Source of the DNA: a virus
Taxonomy: Duplodnaviria > Caudoviricetes
Strand: one strand, 5' to 3'
IMG/VR virus record: IMGVR_UViG_3300042291_000844
Location: 96,001-160,000 of that record
DNA: 64,000 nt
The notes beneath the pieces were generated by a model. That model had not been told where the DNA came from. It did not search any database and worked only from the letters and a program-made list of their open reading frames with translations. The position numbers were made by a program, and so were the translations under genes. This document shows positions 10,707-21,094 of the stretch, in pieces. Position 1 is the first letter of the stretch. Every line of letters starts with the position of its first letter.

Positions 10707-11791
10707 GCTAGTATTTTTCTTTTACTCATTTGTTTATTATAAACATAATAACAATATTGTTTACCAAATTTATGAATTAACTTTCCTATCCAATTATCGT
10801 TAGGTAGGATTCCAACTTCGTATGCCATATGTTCTGTCCACGGCTTTACCATTGTATAAATCCATTTTGTATATTGTGGTTTTGCTTTCATAAAGTTAAC
10901 CACATTCTTAGCCCACATCATATATCCTAAAACTAATGATGGGTCTTTCTTATACATCATTTCACCATATAATTCATCCGCGTTCCAAATATGTTGAGGT
11001 AAGAACCCTTGTTTGTAAAGTTCATTACAAATAATCTTTTTCTTTTTGGTATTGGCAAGTTGTGCTTGGGTGGCTGATGCACTTGCGGTTGCAGCAGCTG
11101 CTTGAGCCTGTGATGCTGTAATTTGAGCTTGTGCTAATAATTGTTGTGCGTTTGTAACTTGATTTTGTAATTCAATTGCCCTTGCATTTGCAGCTTCTAA
11201 TTGTGCAGTTAAATTCTTTTGTAATTCATCAAAGGTTTGTTTCTCGGCCTGTAATCCTCTAAGTTGTGCTTCTAATGAAACCCTCTCAATACCTTCTTTA
11301 ATACCCTTTGAAAGTGCATTCTGAAAATCTTGAATTAGTGAAACATATTTATTATTTGTAATTTGTGATTCGTTCTCTGCAGATGCTCTTAATAATCTCT
11401 CTACATCTATTTGAGTAGCCAATGCCTCATTTGCAGTATTTAGAGTTTCAATCTCAGCCAGGGCATCACTTAATTGTTTACTTAAATCAGTATTTTTTCC
11501 TAATGATTCATTATATAATGCTTCTAATCTATCGTATGTTTTTTGAGGAACAACTTTTGGTTGTGGTTTCGCAGGTGCTGCTATTAATTCATCAACAACT
11601 ACATTAACCGCCTTTTTTAATTGCTCTTCATTATATTTAGGTCTTTCAACATATCCAGATGTTTCACCATCAAAATCTTCAGCAGTGGGTTTGACATAAA
11701 AAGTATGATTACCTTGTTCGTTTTGAGAGGTAATCACAGCAGAACCACTTGATATTAATTCTGAAACTCTAAATTCGTTTTGTAATGACAT
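10697..11791 (-). CDS. coiled-coil protein with conserved C-terminal KKIIC..L...G...D..YG...GY..WA domain
   Basis: Long heptad-rich helix followed by Cys/Trp/Tyr C-terminal module. Confidence 0.55.
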   Translation of the reverse strand: MSLQNEFRVSELISSGSAVITSQNEQGNHTFYVKPTAEDFDGETSGYVERPKYNEEQLKKAVNVVVDELIAAPAKPQPKVVPQKTYDRLEALYNESLGKNTDLSKQLSDALAEIETLNTANEALATQIDVERLLRASAENESQITNNKYVSLIQDFQNALSKGIKEGIERVSLEAQLRGLQAEKQTFDELQKNLTAQLEAANARAIELQNQVTNAQQLLAQAQITASQAQAAAATASASATQAQLANTKKKKIICNELYKQGFLPQHIWNADELYGEMMYKKDPSLVLGYMMWAKNVVNFMKAKPQYTKWIYTMVKPWTEHMAYEVGILPNDNWIGKLIHKFGKQYCYYVYNKQMSKRKILAWQ

Positions 11792-11794
11792 ATC

Positions 11795-12859
11795 TTATTT
11801 CTCTATTGTAAACGTTAAATCTTTATCTGAAAAATATTCTATTACACCACTTCTATCTATTTTTATTTCAACATAATAACTTCTATTAGTTTCCCAATTC
11901 GTTAAATTTAATTTAAAATAATTTCCGTTACTATTACAACTTACTTTTGTATAATCACTAAATGGAACAATAACCTCATCAGTAATCACATCTTTAATTT
12001 GATAATAAGTTGTAGATGGTAAGTATTTTATATCGTTATATGCAAATGAATTTGAATAAGTTTTAAGTGGGTATTTTTCTCTAGCAAAAACTCCAATTTC
12101 AGGAGTACTTCCTACTTTATATTTTGTTTTTAATTTTTTAAATGTTACATGAATATCGTCAGATGTTAATTGAGTTAACGAACCTGTTACAAACGATTGG
12201 TCATTCCAACCAATTCTAACCTTTGGTTGATATATAGTGTTTGTTTCTTTTGCAAAGAATTTTAATTGGCCATAATCTTCCGTATCATTTTCTAATACAC
12301 TTGAATGTCTTAAAATTATACCCTCATTTGGTAAAGAACCTGATATCCAAGAAGTAAACATAGTTTTTACATTCATATTAATATCTGCACTTTGATAACT
12401 AAATGATTGTGATGTTGCCGAACCCGTCCACCACACGCCACCTTTACCATTATACGAGCCAGTTACACTACCTGTAATATATAATGCGTTTGTAATCCAA
12501 TCTATCCCAGTTGTTCTATGATTCCATGTAACACCGTCAGTTGATATATCATCAAAACGAGTACCGATTCCCATATCCCAACTTTGTGTAATTGGATTTG
12601 CATAGATTACATAATCCATTGGTATTTCATTTGCTTCACATTCTCTAAGAATTAATTCTGCAGAACTCATAGTAACCGCCCCACTAGCAAGAGATGCAGA
12701 AAGAGCAGTTGTTTCAAACTTTATTAGAGTATGAGCAACATCTTTTGAATTTCCATAATAAGTTTTAGAAATTTCTAATATTTCATCCAAACCAGTGTTT
12801 TGTGTTGGTTGTTGTAAATAGATTGTTGCATCTTTTGATGCTGTTAAAAAAGTATACAT
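11795..12859 (-). CDS. putative structural protein, DNRLRE/CBM96-like N-terminal domain
   Basis: ASKDATIY...P..NTG.DE.LEI motif; located between baseplate genes. Confidence 0.5.
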   Translation of the reverse strand: MYTFLTASKDATIYLQQPTQNTGLDEILEISKTYYGNSKDVAHTLIKFETTALSASLASGAVTMSSAELILRECEANEIPMDYVIYANPITQSWDMGIGTRFDDISTDGVTWNHRTTGIDWITNALYITGSVTGSYNGKGGVWWTGSATSQSFSYQSADINMNVKTMFTSWISGSLPNEGIILRHSSVLENDTEDYGQLKFFAKETNTIYQPKVRIGWNDQSFVTGSLTQLTSDDIHVTFKKLKTKYKVGSTPEIGVFAREKYPLKTYSNSFAYNDIKYLPSTTYYQIKDVITDEVIVPFSDYTKVSCNSNGNYFKLNLTNWETNRSYYVEIKIDRSGVIEYFSDKDLTFTIEK

Positions 12860-14877
12860 TAAACAACCCTCCCTTTAATATCTTTTGCTGGAAACTTAAC
12901 TTCAAATATTGATGGGTCTAATGATGGGTATACCATTTTACCTTTTGTTGCTTCTGCAATGTTATATGAATTACTTGAATATTGACCTAAACATTTATTT
13001 ACTATTTCACATTTTGGAACTGATTGAACTCCTTCTATTCCTGCAATTAATAATTCTAATTCACTTAGGTTAATTGCCATATTAAATGTCCAATCATCTA
13101 TATTAAAGTAATTTGTAATTTCATCAATACATCTTACCAATACTTCTCTTTTATTATATCCACTATAAGTTCTGATTTCAAAATCAACGCCAATGTTTAT
13201 AATATACCCATCCATTAAATTCACACCATCTGTCAACAAACGATATTCATTTAAATAAGTTTTAAGATTTTCTTTTAGTGCTTGGTTTGTTCCAATTTGT
13301 ACTAAATTCTTATTAGAATTATATCCTAAAATATATAAGTTAATTGCAAATGGATTATTCTTTTCGTTTGTATTATTTTTCTTCCCTACTAAAAATTTGT
13401 TAACCGCATCTTTAATTTCCATTTCACTCTTACCTTGTAAACTTGTTACAATACCTGTAAATTCGCTTAGGGTATCTGGATTTGCAAGAATAGATGATGG
13501 TGAGTTATTATCCAATTCTCCATCCGGTGCACAATATGCTTTAGCAATACCACCATACTTTGCAGGTAGTGATAGGGCTCTTACTTGATAATCTTTACGA
13601 GTTACTGCTCGGTTTTGAGAACCAAATGTTGCCAGGGCGTTTTCTCTGATTTCATCAATAGTTTCTGCACCTCTTGCTCCATTTGCTGCTGTTTCGTTTT
13701 CAACTGCGATTGAACCCTTAGCTACTCTATATACTGCCAATTCGTCTCCACTAAGTGAAATTGTATCTTCATCAAAGGAAACGTTTGTTATTCTATTTAT
13801 TTCACCTTTTGGAGTATTTGCCGAAATACCACCACCTACTAAATACGAAACTGTAATAGTAGTATTAGCAGGTGCCTGACCATAACTTTTTGTCTTTAAA
13901 AAGTTTGCAGGGTCAAATGATGCACCTAAATTATCTATTGATGAATTTAATCCCAATCCTACATTTTTGAAATTTGGTATAATGCTTTCATCAGATGAGG
14001 TAGAATTACCGCCCCCAAATACAATTGTTGTAGTATTATCTGGATTTACTTTTGTTACAAACCTACGAGAAGTTTTTATTAATTTTAAAACGTTTGCAAC
14101 TGAATCTTTAAACTGAACTAAATCCTTATCGGTTTGGTTTGATATAGGATAATCAACAAATACCATCTCTTGTGCAAGATATGGGACTTCATACCATTTA
14201 TTTCCATTACCATCTCTTACATCATATATTTGAATTATATTTGTTTCTGCTAAATCTATTTTTGAAAATTCTTGAGCACTTCCAAATGTAATATCTATTG
14301 TCTTTAATTCTGCGGAGATTGCATTAACATATTTTTTAACTAAATAAAAGGTAGGTTCACCATCATCATTTTTTCTATATATGGTAATCTCTCTCTCATC
14401 TTCAACACTAAAATCTAATAATTCAGTTGTTCTAAATAGTGTAGCCGTTGTATTTGCCTCCACTACCATTCCCTCTTTAATTCTAAGAAAATAATCAGAA
14501 TCAGGTCTATTATTCGGTCCTTGACCGGTTGCACGAACTAATTGATAAACTGATAATCTTACTAATGCGGGTGATGTTACTTTTGGTTTGTATCCTAAAT
14601 ATTGTGCAAGTGCGATAACATTTTCTTTATCCTCTGCATATAACATTAAGGATTCTTTTAATGTATCATCTATATAATACCCCAAAACATCTCCAATATA
14701 CGATGCCATTTCAATGAACATCATACCGGGTGAGGTTTCGTTAAAATCTGAATATGTTTGTGGGAAATAAGTTTTTGCGTACTCAATTAAGTTTTGACGG
14801 AAACCGGCAAAATCTTTATTAAGATATTTTATATCTCTACCTTGATTACTTTTTCTTGTTATACTATTTAATGCCAT
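12859..14877 (-). CDS. baseplate wedge subunit (T4 gp6-like / baseplate J family)
   Basis: YLNKDF..FR..LIEYAK.YFP.TY.DFN..SPG; GA..ETIDEIRENA; RAVT..DY. Confidence 0.85.
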   Translation of the reverse strand: MALNSITRKSNQGRDIKYLNKDFAGFRQNLIEYAKTYFPQTYSDFNETSPGMMFIEMASYIGDVLGYYIDDTLKESLMLYAEDKENVIALAQYLGYKPKVTSPALVRLSVYQLVRATGQGPNNRPDSDYFLRIKEGMVVEANTTATLFRTTELLDFSVEDEREITIYRKNDDGEPTFYLVKKYVNAISAELKTIDITFGSAQEFSKIDLAETNIIQIYDVRDGNGNKWYEVPYLAQEMVFVDYPISNQTDKDLVQFKDSVANVLKLIKTSRRFVTKVNPDNTTTIVFGGGNSTSSDESIIPNFKNVGLGLNSSIDNLGASFDPANFLKTKSYGQAPANTTITVSYLVGGGISANTPKGEINRITNVSFDEDTISLSGDELAVYRVAKGSIAVENETAANGARGAETIDEIRENALATFGSQNRAVTRKDYQVRALSLPAKYGGIAKAYCAPDGELDNNSPSSILANPDTLSEFTGIVTSLQGKSEMEIKDAVNKFLVGKKNNTNEKNNPFAINLYILGYNSNKNLVQIGTNQALKENLKTYLNEYRLLTDGVNLMDGYIINIGVDFEIRTYSGYNKREVLVRCIDEITNYFNIDDWTFNMAINLSELELLIAGIEGVQSVPKCEIVNKCLGQYSSNSYNIAEATKGKMVYPSLDPSIFEVKFPAKDIKGRVV

Positions 14878-14882
14878 TATTA

Positions 14883-15314
14883 TTATCCCCTAACTGTAAA
14901 AGTTATTTCTTGTGTTTCAATTGTATTTCCGACCGTAAACTGAATTGTCATATGTGCTGTGTGGTTATCCTTCATAGCATCAGTCATTTCTACATCAATT
15001 TCTTCAATATTAATATATGGTAACCAATAACTGACAGTTTGGGTAATTACATCTTGTAATTGTGATTCAAACGTATCATCCATTGGTTCAAACAAAAGTG
15101 ATTGTAACCCCGTACCAAACTCTGGTTGCATTACTCTTTCACCTTTTGCCGTTAATAGTAAATTTTTTAAATTTGCTTTTGCTTGTTCGAAAGATGTAAA
15201 GGCTTGTTCAAAATAACCAGTATTACCTCTTTTAATAGGTAAAGTTATTCCATACGCGTAAGAATCAAATTCTTGCGTATCCTTTACAATTTTACTACCA
15301 AGTACATAAGCCAT
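14883..15314 (-). CDS. baseplate wedge subunit, gp25/GPW-like
   Basis: NLKNLLLT.KGER.MQPEFG..L..LLFEP. Confidence 0.9.
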   Translation of the reverse strand: MAYVLGSKIVKDTQEFDSYAYGITLPIKRGNTGYFEQAFTSFEQAKANLKNLLLTAKGERVMQPEFGTGLQSLLFEPMDDTFESQLQDVITQTVSYWLPYINIEEIDVEMTDAMKDNHTAHMTIQFTVGNTIETQEITFTVRG

Positions 15315-15315
15315 A

Positions 15316-15948
15316 TTATTTCTTAAACCTCTTAACTAATTCCGAATTATCTCTATTTAAAATTCTGTCTAATCCTGCTAATCCAGTCGTAACACCTAAC
15401 CCACCTTTTTTAATACCACTTCCTCCCATATCACCATATCCCATTTTAGAAGCCATTTGACTTCTCATTGTTTCAATCCCACCTTGTGCTCCACCTCCGT
15501 ATGATATTGTTTCATCTATATCAGGTTCCGCATCCATATAATTTGGAATGTGTGAATTTGAGTAACCTTCATTTATTGGTTGTTCCATTTGGTAATTATC
15601 TAAAATAGATGAACCACCTCCCACTTGTCCCGCACTTCTTTGTGCAGAAGTAAATGGTTTTGTTTGATTTAGTATTTCATTTATAGTTGAATTTCTACTC
15701 AATTGTTTTACCGGTTGAACTTGTCTTACTTCTTCTTTAATAGTAGTAGTAGTTGTTCTATCTTTTTCCAATAATAGAGTTGCTAATTCAAACGGGTCAA
15801 CTTCTTCCAAAATATCCTTTTTAGGTTTTGGAGTACTCGTTTCGTTTAATAACTTACTAACTTCCTCCTTAATCATTTTAGGAAGCTGTTTCTTAATTTC
15901 TTGTTCTACAACTAATTTAATTAGTTGTGCTAATTTTTTAGAATCCAT
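15316..15948 (-). CDS. hypothetical protein (late-type promoter)
   Basis: 210 aa ORF; TATTTATA at 15972-15979. Confidence 0.65.
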   Translation of the reverse strand: MDSKKLAQLIKLVVEQEIKKQLPKMIKEEVSKLLNETSTPKPKKDILEEVDPFELATLLLEKDRTTTTTIKEEVRQVQPVKQLSRNSTINEILNQTKPFTSAQRSAGQVGGGSSILDNYQMEQPINEGYSNSHIPNYMDAEPDIDETISYGGGAQGGIETMRSQMASKMGYGDMGGSGIKKGGLGVTTGLAGLDRILNRDNSELVKRFKK

Positions 15949-16029
15949 TTTAAAAATATTTGTTAACTTACTATAAATATATGTTTTGAGTATTTTGCAT
16001 TTTTATAAAGGGTGTAACCCTAATTTATC

Positions 16030-17043
16030 TTATGCTTTTTTATTTTTTTGAGATGCGACTGCAGCTTTACCATTTTCATTTAATCTCCACATAGCAATGG
16101 TTGTATTATCAACATGGTTTGCTTGAATGACATTTTGAGAAAAATCACTAACCCATTTCCATCCAGTCCAAACTTGAATATGACCATATAATTTACCACC
16201 TAAATACCCCATAACAACTATATCACCCACTTGCCATTGTGCAGGATTTTTGGTATAGACTGAATTTATTTTTACTTTTTCGTTGTAATAAACTTTACCA
16301 CCTATGTTTCCTGCAAAAGATGCCCTACCACCACCGGTAGATGGGTCTTTGAATGAAAACCAATCTGCATTACCACTTATTCTACCTAATCCACTTACAC
16401 CCGTTAATGCAACTACAACCGATTGTGTACCTTGTGGACATAATCCATGTACACCTTTGATATAACCACTTCTTAAATTTCCATAATTAACTCTTGGATT
16501 TTTACCCAACTTAGGTGCCCATGCACCTGCAATTTTTAATAACTCATCTAAATTTTTATATCCACTCTTCAAATCCGTATCAGGTTCAAGTGGTTTAAGA
16601 ATTCCCTGGTCATAAAGTGCTTGGTCTATTTTTTCTGCTTTAGAATTATCTAACTGAGAAACCCTTGCACTACCACCTTCTAAATCATCTTCTACATACG
16701 GGTCTTCAAAAATCTTTTTACTAATTTTTTTAACATCTGGATTTATTATCTCTTGTACTTCGGGGTCATCTTTGTCCAATCCAATTTTAGACCAATCCAA
16801 TTTATCATATGCAGTTTTATTATCAGCAATTTGTTCTTCTGCATTAATCGGTGGGTTTGGTGGACTTGGCGATGCCGGTGGAATAGTATATCCAACAAAC
16901 GGAACTGCACCTGGCCCTGGTGTTAATAAGGGTGGATATAGAGATGTAGTTAAAAACATTCCTTGAATTGTAGGCAAGTGAGTTTGAATCGATGCAATCA
17001 ATTGGTCTAAAAATACTGCCGAATCATCTGTTGGTTTTGCCAT
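16030..17043 (-). CDS. putative peptidoglycan amidase (CHAP/NlpC-P60 superfamily C-terminal domain)
   Basis: Catalytic-type Cys (GLCPQGT) and His (YGHIQVWTG.KWVSDF.Q). Confidence 0.65.
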   Translation of the reverse strand: MAKPTDDSAVFLDQLIASIQTHLPTIQGMFLTTSLYPPLLTPGPGAVPFVGYTIPPASPSPPNPPINAEEQIADNKTAYDKLDWSKIGLDKDDPEVQEIINPDVKKISKKIFEDPYVEDDLEGGSARVSQLDNSKAEKIDQALYDQGILKPLEPDTDLKSGYKNLDELLKIAGAWAPKLGKNPRVNYGNLRSGYIKGVHGLCPQGTQSVVVALTGVSGLGRISGNADWFSFKDPSTGGGRASFAGNIGGKVYYNEKVKINSVYTKNPAQWQVGDIVVMGYLGGKLYGHIQVWTGWKWVSDFSQNVIQANHVDNTTIAMWRLNENGKAAVASQKNKKA

Positions 17044-17065
17044 TTTGTTTAACTATATTATAATT

Positions 17066-18313
17066 TTATTTTTTATCCACACAAGTTGGGGGAATTACAA
17101 ATCCAGAAATAGTTGATACTCTTGGAGTTTTTACAAAACATCCACATCCATTTCTATTGAATCCGCCACCACCGGTATTTCCTTCTATTGTAGTTATCTT
17201 ACCATCTTTTGATATTGCTGCTACAACTCCAATGTGATGTTCCTTACCTTCCGGCCCATATAACGCTGCAGCTCCTATTTTTGGAGTTTTACTATATGTT
17301 CCATTTTTTTTACCCCACGTCGCCCAATTCTTGCATGATGCAGCACCAGGAGGAGTTTTTAACCCCGCAGACTTCCACCAAGCAGTTACCGCAGCAGCAC
17401 ACCAGTAATATCCCTCACCTGTTGCTCGGACCTGTCCCTGATTATCTAAACCCGCTAATTGAACCATTATATCAATACGGCCAGGTTTACCCGGTGGGGT
17501 TTCTCCTCCCGCTTGATTTCCCCCATAGTTCAACCCCGCACCTTTATTTGCCTTTGTACCAGTTTCTAATATACCAACATCTTTTTTAGCAAATTCAACC
17601 ACCTTTAATCCAATAGGACATGAAGTATCAACATTACCATCAATTTTAACAGGTGTTGAATTTATAGGTTCTTTTGATTCTATTGAATTGGCTTGTTTTG
17701 TGTCAATTTCTTTTTGTGTTTTATCAACATATTCTCTAGCACCATCACGTTGTTCTTCTGTGGCGTTGGGGTTATTGATTGTTTCCGAGGCCCGTTTAAC
17801 TTCTTCTTTTTTTACCTCAATATCTTCTTCAGATAATTCATAAGGTTCTTCAAATACTTTGTTAGATGATGTAGGAGCAACATCCTCTATTGGGGTTATT
17901 AACGCCGGTTCTAAACTTTGTATATCAGTTGGTTGCCAAGTTCCTGGATTTGTAATCATACTACTAACTGTCGCAATATTTACAACTGCACCGGGAGATG
18001 GTATAATTGGAGGTGGGACTGCAGACATTGTAGCACCAGTCCAATATGATATAAACGCAGGCCCCATATTGGTAATGATAGGATGTTCACCCGATGGTTG
18101 TTGAAATGCGGTTGCAAGAATTCCGTTTAAGGTTGCCTCCATTAATTCAGTATTACCCTTTGCAACTGTAATACTATTGACGGTATCAAATCCTCTTTTA
18201 ACTGCCATATCATATTCTAATGTAAGTTTTTTTGCAAAATCACCATAGGAACTAATTCCTGCTTGGTTTTGCATATAACTCAACATATTTTGTTTGAATA
18301 TTTCTAATGACAT
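17066..18313 (-). CDS. baseplate-associated protein with C-terminal CHAP domain
   Basis: YYWCAAAV...W; HHIGVV; TIEGNT. Confidence 0.8.
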   Translation of the reverse strand: MSLEIFKQNMLSYMQNQAGISSYGDFAKKLTLEYDMAVKRGFDTVNSITVAKGNTELMEATLNGILATAFQQPSGEHPIITNMGPAFISYWTGATMSAVPPPIIPSPGAVVNIATVSSMITNPGTWQPTDIQSLEPALITPIEDVAPTSSNKVFEEPYELSEEDIEVKKEEVKRASETINNPNATEEQRDGAREYVDKTQKEIDTKQANSIESKEPINSTPVKIDGNVDTSCPIGLKVVEFAKKDVGILETGTKANKGAGLNYGGNQAGGETPPGKPGRIDIMVQLAGLDNQGQVRATGEGYYWCAAAVTAWWKSAGLKTPPGAASCKNWATWGKKNGTYSKTPKIGAAALYGPEGKEHHIGVVAAISKDGKITTIEGNTGGGGFNRNGCGCFVKTPRVSTISGFVIPPTCVDKK

Positions 18314-18314
18314 C

Positions 18315-19583
18315 TTATTCAGTAAAATTTAAAGTTGATTTGAATTTTTCCAATCTACCTTTAATATCGTTAAATGTACCTCTATTTTCAGGACCAGTTG
18401 CAGTTGGACCAGACGGGGTTTTAAATATTTGTGCATTAATAGCATCAATAAGTTCCTCTAATAATCCTTGAAGAGTATCACCTCTTACTAATGGTTCAGC
18501 ATCACTTTCGGTATTAAGATATATTTGTCCTTTACCACCTAAGATGTAAGTATTGTTATCATTTGTTGTAATTCTAACATCACCATTAAAATCTAAATCT
18601 GCACCAGCTTTACCATTATCAATTGACATTTTACCATCTGATATAAATCCGTAATTTCCTTTTGAATAGAAAATCAGTTCTTTAGATTTAGCAGAGATTA
18701 TAATTCTTTCAGAATTTACTAATAATTGGTCACTACCTTTTAATTCCGATGGATATGCTTCAAAATGAGTTGGTTTGGTTTCAAAATTTGAAGAACCACC
18801 ATCATCTATAATACCTGGTTGAAAATTTAATTTGTAATCACCTGATGTAATTGCAATAATTGTACCATCTTTATTTACATCTTCTTCCGTTAAAGACCCT
18901 TTTTTTAGTTTGTTAAGTGATTCACTATTTTGTCTATTTCTTAAAATAATAGTTGGTGCAAATTTTCTATCTTCACCATCACCATTATTATATCCACTAA
19001 AGCGAATTGATTGACCAAATCGTGATTGTATTACTTTATCACCTTCATATAATTTTAAGGGATTAACTTGTTGTTCTTTAAAATATTTACCTATTTCAGT
19101 TTTTCTATCATCAGTACCACTCCCTCCACTTGGCGTACCGGTAGCACTTACAGTACTAAGTTCATTAGTACCGCTTCCAGCTGGTTGAGTATGTGGATAT
19201 GTTTTAATATCTACATCTTTTCTAGCGTTACCTATATTAATATTTCCAGTGACCGTTCTTTTATAATGTAATTTACCTGCTACATCTATAAGTTGAACCG
19301 TCTCACCTACTAATGGAATACCTTCCTCTGGATTAAATGGTGGATATGCTTTGTTTTGTTTAGTAGCAGATGTAGCATCTTTTACTGGTCTTATTGCGGC
19401 GTATCCAATAGTAGATGTATTTTTTTGTTCTACTTCACTAAAATCATATTTAAGTAATAACTCACTTGTATCATCTAATATAATATCTACTACAATACCT
19501 ACTGTGTTACTTGCACTTCCTGCTGTAGATGTTGAGTTGGGATTGAATCCACTATTTGATATACTTAATCTACTATTAGCCAT
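18315..19583 (-). CDS. putative baseplate hub/central spike protein (gp5/gpV-like)
   Basis: N-terminal OB-like P.GETV; QSRFGQSIRF; C-terminal beta repeats and TPSGPT motif; position next to gp25 and amidases. Confidence 0.55.
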   Translation of the reverse strand: MANSRLSISNSGFNPNSTSTAGSASNTVGIVVDIILDDTSELLLKYDFSEVEQKNTSTIGYAAIRPVKDATSATKQNKAYPPFNPEEGIPLVGETVQLIDVAGKLHYKRTVTGNINIGNARKDVDIKTYPHTQPAGSGTNELSTVSATGTPSGGSGTDDRKTEIGKYFKEQQVNPLKLYEGDKVIQSRFGQSIRFSGYNNGDGEDRKFAPTIILRNRQNSESLNKLKKGSLTEEDVNKDGTIIAITSGDYKLNFQPGIIDDGGSSNFETKPTHFEAYPSELKGSDQLLVNSERIIISAKSKELIFYSKGNYGFISDGKMSIDNGKAGADLDFNGDVRITTNDNNTYILGGKGQIYLNTESDAEPLVRGDTLQGLLEELIDAINAQIFKTPSGPTATGPENRGTFNDIKGRLEKFKSTLNFTE

Positions 19584-19993
19584 TACTTCTTAATTTTTTG
19601 TTTTATCTCTTCTACTTCATTTGTTAACTCATCAACCTTAGCATCTTGTTCATCTTTTACCTCTAAGACAGTTATTTCAATTTCTCTTAATAATTGCTCC
19701 TTCTCTGCATCAGATAAAAATCCAACATCTCCTTCAGATTTTGAATTCGCACTAATTATTCTTTGTGCAATTGCTGCTAATTTTATTAGAGAATCATCGT
19801 TCCTAACCGATACATCGACTAGGTCTTTTATGATTGGGCCGATAACTGCCATATCACCCGCGTGACGAATAATATTTTTCATTTCTGCTATTAACTCAGA
19901 AATTCTTTTTCTTTTGTTTTGTTGGTTATCGTAGATGTCTTTAAACAATCCACTTAAATCCTTACCAGGAAATAACTCAAAATTTATACTCAT
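19583..19993 (-). CDS. conserved helical hypothetical protein (start moved to MSINFELF)
   Basis: Downstream ATG follows TATTTATA at 20016-20023; the upstream ATG lies inside a terminator. Confidence 0.65.
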   Translation of the reverse strand: MSINFELFPGKDLSGLFKDIYDNQQNKRKRISELIAEMKNIIRHAGDMAVIGPIIKDLVDVSVRNDDSLIKLAAIAQRIISANSKSEGDVGFLSDAEKEQLLREIEITVLEVKDEQDAKVDELTNEVEEIKQKIKK

Positions 19994-20031
19994 ATTTTTA
20001 TAATTAAGTTCACTATATAAATATAAGGAAT

Positions 20032-20059
20032 AAAAAAACCCCATTTTAGTGGGGTTTTT
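20032..20059 (-). terminator. intrinsic terminator
   Basis: AAAAACCCC/GGGGTTTTT stem with T-tract on minus strand. Confidence 0.75.
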
Positions 20060-20064
20060 CTCAA

Positions 20065-20169
20065 TTATGATTTCTTTTTATAATTTCCTTTTTTCTGCTG
20101 TTCTGATACTGTCTTTTTAGCAATTTTCTTTCGGTTCTTTTCTTTTACTTCTTTTTTTGTGGTTGCCAT
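20065..20169 (-). CDS. 34-aa Lys-rich basic peptide (MATTKKEVKEKNRKKIAKKTVSEQQKKGNYKKKS)
   Basis: Translated by hand; fills the gap between 20174 stop and terminator. Confidence 0.55.
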   Translation of the reverse strand: MATTKKEVKEKNRKKIAKKTVSEQQKKGNYKKKS

Positions 20170-20173
20170 TGCA

Positions 20174-21001
20174 TTATTCCTTTTCTAGTTTGTTTATAAT
20201 AATTTTTATTTTAGGGGTATATCCTTTAGGTAGTTTATTGATAATTCCTTTAAACGATTTGATTTTATGGTCGTAATAGTTTACCTCTAATATAGTTTCG
20301 GTTAAGTTCATTATAGTTTGAGATGATGTCCACATTTTAGGAGTATCCTTTCTCATATTCAATACACTATCTTTTTTAAAGAATTGTTTTCTTAATGCAA
20401 TACCTACTTGTTTCCAATTTGTAATTTTATCAATTATCTTTTCAGCACTTAATTTTCTCATTTTAGAACTTAAATACTTTTTACCATCCGAATAACCTGT
20501 GCCAACATAAACATGTCCGTGATTTGTTCTAACAACTGGACTCTCCGTATTTTGTAATTCTAATTGAGGTTTAAGGTTTGGTATATTTTCAACACTTACC
20601 ATTTGTTTAGGAGTAGAAATAAATGTATGACCACTTAATCCCTTTTTCTTATTACCCTTCCAAACTATTGTTGCTTTGATTGCTTCTTTAAGAGTTTTCT
20701 TTGAGAATATACTTCTCATCTTAGCACCATCCTCACCATATCCTCTCATATTTTGAATCAACTTTCCTTCCGCCTCATCGTATCCAACTAAAAGTGCTGA
20801 ATTAACTACTCCTAATCCATATTCGTTCATCCCCTCACTCCAATCAGTTACCTCATCGTGTAAATACGCAACTTCAACTCCATCAATTAATTCGTGGATT
20901 ACTTCTAATTTAGGATGATATCCTCTATCGCGATTCTTTGCTAAAATAAACTTATCATCTATTTCTTTAGAAACTATAATACATTCTTGTATGATATTCA
21001 T
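20174..21001 (-). CDS. Ntn-hydrolase (peptidase C45/choloylglycine hydrolase-like)
   Basis: N-terminal C.......ILAKNRD, EGMNEYGL, RTNH motifs. Confidence 0.7.
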   Translation of the reverse strand: MNIIQECIIVSKEIDDKFILAKNRDRGYHPKLEVIHELIDGVEVAYLHDEVTDWSEGMNEYGLGVVNSALLVGYDEAEGKLIQNMRGYGEDGAKMRSIFSKKTLKEAIKATIVWKGNKKKGLSGHTFISTPKQMVSVENIPNLKPQLELQNTESPVVRTNHGHVYVGTGYSDGKKYLSSKMRKLSAEKIIDKITNWKQVGIALRKQFFKKDSVLNMRKDTPKMWTSSQTIMNLTETILEVNYYDHKIKSFKGIINKLPKGYTPKIKIIINKLEKE

Positions 21002-21055
21002 TTTAGGTGTTCGTATGAGTTGGTTACAAATCTCTATAATAAATATAGTTATAAA

Positions 21056-21079
21056 TAAAAAAAGGAGATAAACTCCTTT
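21056..21079 (-). terminator. intrinsic terminator
   Basis: AAAGGAG/CTCCTTT stem plus T-tract after carbamoyltransferase. Confidence 0.6.
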
Positions 21080-21094
21080 CTTATTAATTGTATT

